Source: Candidatus Bathyarchaeia archaeon
GTDB lineage: Archaea > Thermoproteota > Bathyarchaeia > Bathyarchaeales > Bathycorpusculaceae
Direction of reading: 5' to 3'
Length of the DNA: 64,000 bases
NCBI GenBank assembly: GCA_050012255.1
Contig: JBEKHN010000006.1
Coordinates: 32,001 to 96,000, forward strand
Below the pieces are notes generated by a model. That model saw nothing but the letters and a program-made list of their open reading frames with translations. It was not told the DNA's origin and ran no database searches. This document shows, one piece after another, positions 30,080 to 37,880 of this stretch; position 1 is the first letter of the stretch, and each line of letters starts with the position of its first letter. Position numbers and translations under genes: made by a program.

Positions 30080-30841
30080 TCAAGCTCTTTTTGTCAGTAT
30101 CTTTGGTTCTTTATCAATAACAGCTATGTATGCTGAGTCACCAGAATCTATGAATTCCCTGATCTTCCATCCTGTTCCTTTGAGTATCTCTTCCATTTCT
30201 TTCTTGGATACTATCAGGTAATCGAACCATCTGCCAACGCATTTCCTGAATCTTATTCTTACTCTTAACTGTCCTGCCATTCTGCCTTTTTTCTTGTTGA
30301 GCTTGTGATATTCCAAGTGGTCAGGATTGTCAGTCTTGTATGTGTCACGAGTACTGGCAATAATCAATCCATTCTTGGAAGTCATTCTATGAAACTTCTT
30401 CAGCAATCTTCTTGCCTTCTTGAAACTGCCAAACAGCCCAAAATTGCTTCCCATCATAATAATCGTGTCGAAGGAATTGGGCTTGAAATTCAATTCTTCA
30501 ATTGACATAACTCTTGCCCGTTTCAAGCCTCTCAACTTGCAGATTTTGATCGCAAGAGGAGAACTGTCAATTCCCAACACGTCAAAACCCATCTTCTGCA
30601 AATACGGAGAATGCCTACCAGCTCCGCAACCGATGTCCAAAACCCTTCCTTTCACGAATTCCATAGCCTTTCTATCAATGAGATCCCAATTTTCATACTC
30701 TGAAAAATAGAATCCTGGACCCTTTGGGGATGCATTAAAGTAGCCATCATCCCTTTCCACTATCTCAGAAGCTTCTTCACGTTTGTAGCAAGCCCACATC
30801 TCCTGACCAAACGTATCTTCCTCAGGCTCAAGTTTCTTCAT
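30080..30841 (-). CDS. Class I SAM-dependent methyltransferase carrying the GNAT-type KEPKILT tail
   Basis: [22 protein letters not shown]. Confidence 0.88.
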   Translation of the reverse strand: MKKLEPEEDTFGQEMWACYKREEASEIVERDDGYFNASPKGPGFYFSEYENWDLIDRKAMEFVKGRVLDIGCGAGRHSPYLQKMGFDVLGIDSSPLAIKICKLRGLKRARVMSIEELNFKPNSFDTIIMMGSNFGLFGSFKKARRLLKKFHRMTSKNGLIIASTRDTYKTDNPDHLEYHKLNKKKGRMAGQLRVRIRFRKCVGRWFDYLIVSKKEMEEILKGTGWKIREFIDSGDSAYIAVIDKEPKILTKRA

Positions 30842-31392
30842 GTCAAATCATTGATTACATCTTTTCCTGTTTCAGTTCTTATGACTTGTGCTAATCCGAC
30901 AATTTAACATCGAAAATCATGTCCAGCCACTTTTAATGTCAAGAACAGCATGTCAAGTGGAGCACTTACGATTAAAAAAGTCTGTCTTCAGAGTTTGACC
31001 TTTGCTTTCTAGAAGTGGAAAATCCAGATATCTGGCTGTAGCAGTGTTTTAAACGGTCCTAGCAATTGGAAAAGAAACACACAAAGCAAATGGAATGCAT
31101 CTCTCATGAAGACAGAAAGAGAGAAGCAAACAAACCTTTGTACCTTGCTAGGTATGAATGAATACAATCCTTTTCTTATTAATTGAACATGTTGCACGCC
31201 CACACATGCATAGACACAATGATGTACTCCAATACAACAAGGTTCATTGAAGAAACAAACCTGATTTCCTTCTTCTTACAGAAGCTAAGCATAGACCAAT
31301 ATCTCCTATTGTTATCTCAACGATGCTAAGAAACAATCATCAGAATACCAGGTATTCGCAAGGAGGAATTCCTAGCAGCTACGATGACTGCT

Positions 31393-31767
31393 CTACCTCC
31401 ATTTATGAGGTGTAAATCTACTCTTAGGAACTGCTTTTCTGTTGTAAGAGGCTAGTCCAAACTTGTGCAATATTCTTAGCAGTATGGATGCTTGGTGCAT
31501 AATCTCTCTGTGACTAAACTCCCTGCCGTTCCAGGTTTCTTTGGTAGTAAACAACTGTCCATCCTTGATTATGAGTAATGGCTTTCCTGGATACCGATAG
31601 AATATCATGCCAGACTCATCCCATATTTCTGGAATTGCTTTAACCGACAACTCATCGAAAAGTCCTTTGATTGAATCAGCATCAAAGTTGGATAGTTTAT
31701 ACCCATAGTATCTAACTATCCTATTCTTCTGATATTCAATGGGAGTGACTAATTCTAACTCACTCAA
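31393..31767 (-). CDS. Hypothetical protein of the integrated element
   Basis: 124-aa ORF with protein-like composition, TTG start. Confidence 0.55.
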   Translation of the reverse strand: MSELELVTPIEYQKNRIVRYYGYKLSNFDADSIKGLFDELSVKAIPEIWDESGMIFYRYPGKPLLIIKDGQLFTTKETWNGREFSHREIMHQASILLRILHKFGLASYNRKAVPKSRFTPHKWR

Positions 31768-32174
31768 ATCTTGACCATTCCGAACTAAGCCTGGATTAGT
31801 ACTCGATCATTTAGAAGACATATCATACTATATCTGCTCTGTGTAGATACACAGTTAGTGCATAGGCTTTCTATGGACAAACAATGGAGATCAACATATG
31901 CAAAAGCACCCTAACTTACTCTTTATAATAGAATGACCCTCCATCACTTCTAATGTCACGTTCTAAATCGGGAGTCACATTCTGGACAGAAGCTATAGAA
32001 ACTAGCTCTCTTCTCTGTTGAAAGGATGTTTTCCTTTGTGCCTTTGTAGGTTGAAAGATGTCTTAAAGCACATCCGAGTTTTGATGGAACAAATAGAACG
32101 TATCCAGCCTCTGAAGAATGGTCTTTAAGGGTCCTTAAATTCTCTGATTGCTCGTCAGGAGGTCAGTGATTAGA

Positions 32175-32453
32175 ATGACTAAGATTGAATGCCCAGTATG
32201 TGGAATTTCTGGCTTTCTGCAAGTAAGAGGGACTAATGTGATGGTCCAACACTACCAAGGATTCAGGGATAATAGAAGAATTTACATTTACCATAGAGTT
32301 CCTTATGAACTGTTTCAGAACTTGCAAGTAAATGCAAGTAAAACTAAGCAAGTAAATGAGCCTGATTTGAACCTTATTTCTAAAATGAAGTGGACCGGTG
32401 GGGACTTGAACCCCAGACCTCCTGAGTGCAAGTCAGGCGTTCATACCAACTGA
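32175..32453 (+). CDS. Tyrosine integrase, N-terminal part int(N) with CxxC..H..H motif
   Basis: MTKIECPVCG...QH...YH; runs into the att repeat as WTGGDLNPRPPECK, the same frame as int(C). Confidence 0.8.
   Translation: MTKIECPVCGISGFLQVRGTNVMVQHYQGFRDNRRIYIYHRVPYELFQNLQVNASKTKQVNEPDLNLISKMKWTGGDLNPRPPECKSGVHTN
32390..32432. repeat. att direct repeat, copy 2 (within the intact tRNA-Ala)
   Basis: Identical to 24185-24227. Confidence 0.97.
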
Positions 32454-32464
32454 ACTACCGGCCC
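32391..32464 (-). tRNA. tRNA-Ala (anticodon TGC), CCA not encoded
   Basis: GGGCCGG acceptor with G3-U70, arm CCTGA-CT-TGC-AC-TCAGG, T-loop TTCAAGT. Confidence 0.95.
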
Positions 32465-32641
32465 GGGCTGCTTTCAGGAAAGAACCCGCGGTATCGAATT
32501 TAGAGCTTTCGGTATCATAGCTTTGGGAAGACGCGCTTCTGTGACTTATGATCGAGCCTTTCGAAACATGTGTGAAAAAAGTTTGTACTGGGATAAGAAA
32601 AAAGTTAGAATGGTCGATTCTGCAAGATCGATTAGTTTGGT

Positions 32642-32782
32642 CTAGAATCTTCTTGTCGAAGTTCTTCGCTTGGACCAGCATTCTCGGCAGTAAACAGGTC
32701 TGCTTGGGTCAGGTTTGAAGGGAACTTCGCACTCCTTTCCACAATCAGCACAAACTGCCTTATGCATCTCTTTCTCTGCCAT
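32642..32782 (-). CDS. CxxC-x17-CxxC small zinc-ribbon protein (46 aa, below the ORF-track cutoff)
   Basis: Own translation: MAEKEMHKAVCADCGKECEVPFKPDPSRPVYCRECWSKRRTSTRRF. Confidence 0.85.
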   Translation of the reverse strand: MAEKEMHKAVCADCGKECEVPFKPDPSRPVYCRECWSKRRTSTRRF

Positions 32783-33047
32783 ATACTATTTCAACTCCTT
32801 TGATTGGTTTGTGCAGAAATTGCTTCTTGCACGACGCTATGAAATGGACTAGCAACTTATAAAACTTGCCGTGAAGAAACAAGGCCCAACGGTGGCTTCT
32901 TCCATAATGTTAGACCATGTTTCTCAATGAACGCAGTTCATTGGGAGGCCAGCTGGAGCAGACTCCTTGTCGTATCTGGCGATCCTTCAGCATCACGTTT
33001 TTAAGCAAAGTCTTGCTACCTTAGGGTTCCCTCAAACGGTGAGGCGA

Positions 33048-34145
33048 ATGGTCGACCAAAGAATTGAAAAGCTCGCAAGACTCTGCGTCAACTACAGCGT
33101 TGACGTGAAACCTAATGAACTAGTGCTTATACAAGGAAGCGAACAGGCTTTCCCGCTGATTAACGAAATCTTCAAGGAATGCCTTCTAAGCGACGCGCAG
33201 CCGATGATCCTTGCAAACCTTGATACGCAGTACACATTCTTCAAGTACGCAAAAGAACATCAACTGAAGTTCGTTTCCCCCATTCAAAAGTTTACGATGG
33301 AAAACATAGACGTGCGCATAAGCATATTCTGTGAACCGAGCCCGAAGGGACTGTCTACCGTGGACCCGTCGAAGATCAGAACCCGCATGGCTTCTGGAAA
33401 AGAGCTAACAGAGATCTTCTACAGACGTATTGCGGAGGGCAAACTCAGATGGACTGGCTTACCTTACCCGATAAACGCTCAAGCACAAGAAGGCGACATG
33501 GCACTAAGCGAGTACGAAGACTTTGTCTACAGCAGCTGTCTAATCGGCAAGGAAGACCCGATTGCTGAATGGAAGAAAATTCATCAACAGCAGCAGAAAA
33601 TCTGCGAATTTCTAGACCAAACAAGCAAAATTCGTGTGGTGGGCGAGGACACAGACTTGACGTTCAACGCAGAGAAAAGGAAATGGATAAACTGCAGCGG
33701 AAAAGAGAACATGCCTGACGGTGAAGTGTTTACAGGACCGATCGAAAACTCGGCCAACGGAACCATAAGATTCACCTTCCCAGGAATATTCTCCAGCAGA
33801 GAAATCGAAGACATAAACCTCACATTCAAAGACGGAAGAGTAGTGAAGGCTTCAGCAGCAAAGGGTGACGATTTTCTTCAACAAACACTGAAGATAGAAG
33901 GAGCGGACCGCCTCGGTGAAACCGCGATTGGCACAAACTACGGAATAACTAGATTCACCAAAAACATGCTCTTTGACGAAAAAATGGGCGGCACGGTGCA
34001 CATGGCTCTAGGCAACTCTTACCCAGAATCAGGAGGCAAAAACAGGTCAGCAATACACTGGGACATACTGAAAGACATGAAAAAAGACGGAGAGATCTAC
34101 GCAGATAACAAGCTGTTCTACAAGAACGGCAAGTTCCTAATCTAG
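33048..34145 (+). CDS. Aminopeptidase (M29, AmpT/PepS type)
   Basis: NMPDGEVFTGP, LGETAIG, LFDEKMGGTVHMALG, SAIHWD. Confidence 0.92.
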   Translation: MVDQRIEKLARLCVNYSVDVKPNELVLIQGSEQAFPLINEIFKECLLSDAQPMILANLDTQYTFFKYAKEHQLKFVSPIQKFTMENIDVRISIFCEPSPKGLSTVDPSKIRTRMASGKELTEIFYRRIAEGKLRWTGLPYPINAQAQEGDMALSEYEDFVYSSCLIGKEDPIAEWKKIHQQQQKICEFLDQTSKIRVVGEDTDLTFNAEKRKWINCSGKENMPDGEVFTGPIENSANGTIRFTFPGIFSSREIEDINLTFKDGRVVKASAAKGDDFLQQTLKIEGADRLGETAIGTNYGITRFTKNMLFDEKMGGTVHMALGNSYPESGGKNRSAIHWDILKDMKKDGEIYADNKLFYKNGKFLI

Positions 34146-34203
34146 CGAAACCCCCTTATTTTCGATTGACTCGCCATCTTCAGGAATCTGTCAAACTGAA
34201 AGA

Positions 34204-35517
34204 GTGATTCTTTGGATGGCAAACAATGAGATTGAAACTCAGAAGCGACGAACATTTAGAAACACTTTCTTCAACCTGAGTGTCTTCGAGTTTCTCACGT
34301 TCCTCAGAAGAGGAGTATTCTACACTTTCATGATCTACTACCTTTACAAACTGATGGGCACCGTAACGTCGACAGCCGCCCTTGGAACTATGACCATGGT
34401 GGCATCTTCGCTTGGCCAAAATCTGCTGTGGGGAAGAATATGCGACAAGTATAAGATCAGAACAAAGCTGATAGTGATGGGCGAAACAATCGCCGCATTC
34501 ACCTATTTGATGGTCTTTCTGGTCCACAAATCATTGATTAATGGTGGAAACAATTTCGCGGCCGGTTTGGCAATAATCTTCGGCCTGTCAATTCTTGAGT
34601 TCTTCTGGTCCATGTCAGACGTTGGGTGGGCGGCCCTCCTCACTGACATCACAACTCCTGAAACACGGGGCAGAGTGGTGGGCTCAATGAACTTCATCGC
34701 TTCACTGGGAAGGATGGTGGGCATACTCTATTCCGGCTTCTTATACCTCGGAGGCGAAGGCTTCGAGAACGGAACAATCTTCTACATAGTTATTGTCATG
34801 CTTCTCATAGGTGCCGCTCTGATGGCTTTCACGTCAAGACGCATCGGAGCAAAACGTGCAATACCACAGCAAGCCGCTACAACGGAAACAGAGACAGAAG
34901 AAAACGAGCCGGATATTCAAAGTGAGAAACCGTACCATTGGTTCCTGGCGTCCCTTGTGATAATAGTCTTTGGGGCAGCCTCAATTAACCAGATATTTCT
35001 CCTCTTCCTACAGCTTCCACAAGGCTTGAACTTCACTGACACCCAGGTTACTTTTGTGACGTCAGCGTGGACCGTGGGCGGAATGATAGCCAGTTTAGGC
35101 GCAGGAAGACTTTCAGACAGGTTTGGAAGGAGCAAGGTTTTGCTTCTGGGACTCAGTCTGGCAACAGTCACGCCGGCGTTCTATCTTTACGCTTCCACTG
35201 TGCCTTTGATGGCTTTCATTTACGGATTGAACGGCATTTCGTTCTGGACTATTCAAACAGTGGGCTTCGTACTCGCAGGAGATCTTATTCCGAAACACAG
35301 GAGAGGAAGACTGCTAAGCAGGTACAACACGGTCATAGCACTGAGCTGGGGACCAGCTGGAATCCTTATCGGCGGACCCTTAGCGGATCTGCAAGTCCAA
35401 AGGTTAGGACTGTCATCTTACGCCTCATACGTGAACGCTTTTTACGCAGCGTCAATCATAGTGGCCGTTGGCACGGCGTTGTTCGCCATGAAAGTCGCAA
35501 GGCTGAAACACGATTAA
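34204..35517 (+). CDS. MFS transporter
   Basis: About 12 TM helices; GRICDKY and GRLSDRFGRSK motif A. Confidence 0.88.
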   Translation: MILWMANNEIETQKRRTFRNTFFNLSVFEFLTFLRRGVFYTFMIYYLYKLMGTVTSTAALGTMTMVASSLGQNLLWGRICDKYKIRTKLIVMGETIAAFTYLMVFLVHKSLINGGNNFAAGLAIIFGLSILEFFWSMSDVGWAALLTDITTPETRGRVVGSMNFIASLGRMVGILYSGFLYLGGEGFENGTIFYIVIVMLLIGAALMAFTSRRIGAKRAIPQQAATTETETEENEPDIQSEKPYHWFLASLVIIVFGAASINQIFLLFLQLPQGLNFTDTQVTFVTSAWTVGGMIASLGAGRLSDRFGRSKVLLLGLSLATVTPAFYLYASTVPLMAFIYGLNGISFWTIQTVGFVLAGDLIPKHRRGRLLSRYNTVIALSWGPAGILIGGPLADLQVQRLGLSSYASYVNAFYAASIIVAVGTALFAMKVARLKHD

Positions 35518-35591
35518 CGAAGTTTTAAATTCAGGCGTCCTAGAATCAGCTGAGGGACACTATACTGGAACTCAAGACTGTCAAGGTTGAA

Positions 35592-36050
35592 GTGCCAGAA
35601 GGTTGCAACGTGATTTTGGGCATGGCACACTTCATCAAAACTGTTGAAGACCTTTATGAGGCCCTCGTAAACGCCGTTCCAAACGCAAAGTTCGGGATAG
35701 GCTTCTGCGAAAGCTCAGGACCCTGCTTGGTTAGACATGAGGGAAATGATGAAGATTTGAGACAGCAGGCGGCGAAAAAAGCTCTGGAAATCGGCTGCGG
35801 CCACAGCTTCATAATCTTCTTGAAAAACGCGTACCCCATAAACGTGTTGGATAAGATTAAGACTGTGCCAGAAGTATGCGCAATCTACGCGGCCACGGCT
35901 AATTCTCTGGAGGTTATTATAGCAGAGACTGAGCAGGGTCGAGGAATAATCGGCGTAGTAGACGGCTTCTCGAGCAAGGGCATCGAAGCCGAGAAAGACA
36001 TCAAGGCACGAAAGGATTTTCTGAGGAAGATAGGTTACAAACTCGGCTGA
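35592..36050 (+). CDS. Adenosine-specific kinase family (DUF355-like) protein
   Basis: [32 protein letters not shown]; true start may be ~35565. Confidence 0.8.
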   Translation: MPEGCNVILGMAHFIKTVEDLYEALVNAVPNAKFGIGFCESSGPCLVRHEGNDEDLRQQAAKKALEIGCGHSFIIFLKNAYPINVLDKIKTVPEVCAIYAATANSLEVIIAETEQGRGIIGVVDGFSSKGIEAEKDIKARKDFLRKIGYKLG

Positions 36051-36136
36051 GAAGTTGTTCAAAAAATAGGCGCCGCAGGGTGAACGTGCCTGCGGATAGC
36101 GATGCTGTTCGGGTGATAAAGAATGGAGGCTATGTT

Positions 36137-36403
36137 CTATCTGTTCATAGCTATTTCTTCTCGCAGTTCAAAGGGCATCTTCTCGTTCATTCTTTGAGCT
36201 GCATAGGTTGCTAATCTCTTAAACTGGCGTTCTGTCAGAACATGTCGTGCTCTGGATAGAATTTCAAGGCAGATTTCTTTAAAAACTAAGTCGGCGCATC
36301 CCATTTTGGCGTCGTCGATCAATTCTTTGCAAGCTTGAAAGATTTGTTCGTTCAAAGGCACTTCACCCTGCAAGCAACACTTGCAACTTGTGGAATTAAA
36401 CAC
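36137..36403 (-). CDS. Small hypothetical protein
   Basis: Helical ORF; start probably downstream (LNEQIF..). Confidence 0.5.
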   Translation of the reverse strand: MFNSTSCKCCLQGEVPLNEQIFQACKELIDDAKMGCADLVFKEICLEILSRARHVLTERQFKRLATYAAQRMNEKMPFELREEIAMNR

Positions 36404-36590
36404 TTATGAAAACAAAAATCTAATTGGAAATCCATCTCCAGCCTACCGAAACAATGTTTAGAGCTTGCCCGGAGGCACGCTCCACCTCCATTTAGGGTCG
36501 TCAGACACCTTGACCGCTTCTCCGCTCACCACGCGCGTTAACCTTTTAAACATAAGCGTTGAATATGGTACTCGAAAAGAGGATGAAACC

Positions 36591-37130
36591 GTGGCTAATG
36601 AGGTTCTGGACGCCATCAGGAACAGGCGCAGCGTCTTAAGGTTTGAAAGCGCCCAAGTTGAAGAAGATAAGGTTGAAGCCATTCTCGAAGCCGGACGGTG
36701 GGCACCCTCTTGGATCAACAAGCAACCTTGGAGTTTTATAGTCGTCATAGACCAAGAAACCAAGGACGAACTCAGCGAGGTCGTTCCAACCACCTTCGTG
36801 CAGGGGCTGAAGGAAGCTCCAGTCTGCATCGCGGTCACCGTTGACGCTGACGAAGACCCGTATCACCACGTGGAAGACGGGGCAGCGGCCACACAGAACA
36901 TGGCACTGGCCGCGCACAGCCTAGGACTAAACACCTCATGGATCGGAGTCTACGACCTGACGAACCAGAAGAACTCAGCCGAATCCAAAGTCAAGGATAT
37001 TCTCGAGCTTCCGAAAAAACATCGAGTGATCGCGCTCTTGCCACTTGGCCACGTTAAATACGAGGTTCCAAAGAAGGACAGAAAGACGCTTCGCCAGATA
37101 GTGTACCGAGAAAAATTCGGAAAGCGTTAG
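36591..37130 (+). CDS. Nitroreductase family protein
   Basis: RRSVLRF, WAPS..NKQPW, QNMALAAHSLGL..SW. Confidence 0.9.
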   Translation: MANEVLDAIRNRRSVLRFESAQVEEDKVEAILEAGRWAPSWINKQPWSFIVVIDQETKDELSEVVPTTFVQGLKEAPVCIAVTVDADEDPYHHVEDGAAATQNMALAAHSLGLNTSWIGVYDLTNQKNSAESKVKDILELPKKHRVIALLPLGHVKYEVPKKDRKTLRQIVYREKFGKR

Positions 37131-37242
37131 AGTACAGAACCCGTCACATCGTCTCAGGTTTTTGATTTTGACTTGATCCTGTTTGGATGGCAATCGCTAT
37201 ATAATGCTGCTTGCCTAACCCCTGTGGAGCGGCGACCGTTAC

Positions 37243-37785
37243 ATGGGTCACGTTGCTGTTTGGAAAGCTCTGGAACAGATGGTCACAGACTTTCGCAAGA
37301 AAGGATTAAGAGTTCCAGCAGAAATCATGAGCGACCTTAAAAATGCGAAGACCCTGATTAAAATCTTGAAGGCTGAACCGAGCCGCGTAGAAAACATTCA
37401 GAAAATTGAGAAATGCTTGGAAAACGTCGAATCCTACCTCATTTCTGAAGGCCAAAAAGAGTTCGGGGTCGAATACGCTGACCGATGGCTTGAGCAGTTG
37501 GACAAGGCCAGCAGAGAAATCCTTGATGAGGAGGACAAAGAAACGAGGTTTATCCCTGGACTCCCAAGGCACCGAAAGTGGATTCGCGTCACATCCTCAG
37601 CAGACTTACCCCTTGAAAAACTGACGACAATTGCGGATCAGATGAGCCTCTCTTACAACGTTCACAAGAACGGCTCTCTGCTCGTCTACGGCGAAGACCA
37701 GAGCATAAAAGATTTTGTCAAGAAGATGGCTTCGAAATACGAGTCAAAGGCTGAGAAATATCGCAAAAAAGTACATAACCGTTAA
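37243..37785 (+). CDS. DUF2096-like archaeal protein
   Basis: WKALEQMVTDFRKKG..VP..DLKNAKTLI pattern. Confidence 0.65.
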   Translation: MGHVAVWKALEQMVTDFRKKGLRVPAEIMSDLKNAKTLIKILKAEPSRVENIQKIEKCLENVESYLISEGQKEFGVEYADRWLEQLDKASREILDEEDKETRFIPGLPRHRKWIRVTSSADLPLEKLTTIADQMSLSYNVHKNGSLLVYGEDQSIKDFVKKMASKYESKAEKYRKKVHNR

Positions 37786-37880
37786 AGCTTCATGGCACAG
37801 TAAATGCTTTTATAAAAAGTGCCACAGACTGTCTGCAAAAGAAAAATGCGGACGTTTCGAAGCGTGAGGGCGCAGACTCA

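Larger units (their letters stand above)
24185..32432. mobile_element. ~8.2-kb integrative element in tRNA-Ala(TGC) with SSV-type split integrase
   Basis: 43-bp perfect direct repeat at both ends, matching the tRNA 3' half; integrase halves abut each repeat in the same frame; visibly AT-richer than the flanks. Confidence 0.92.

Noticed and set aside
25228-31365. CRISPR array, diversity-generating retroelement or canonical integron
   Set aside because: Repeats are separated by whole genes; no reverse transcriptase or adenine-specific variation; no recognisable IntI-specific insertion and no consistent RYYYAAC/GTTRRRY boxes.
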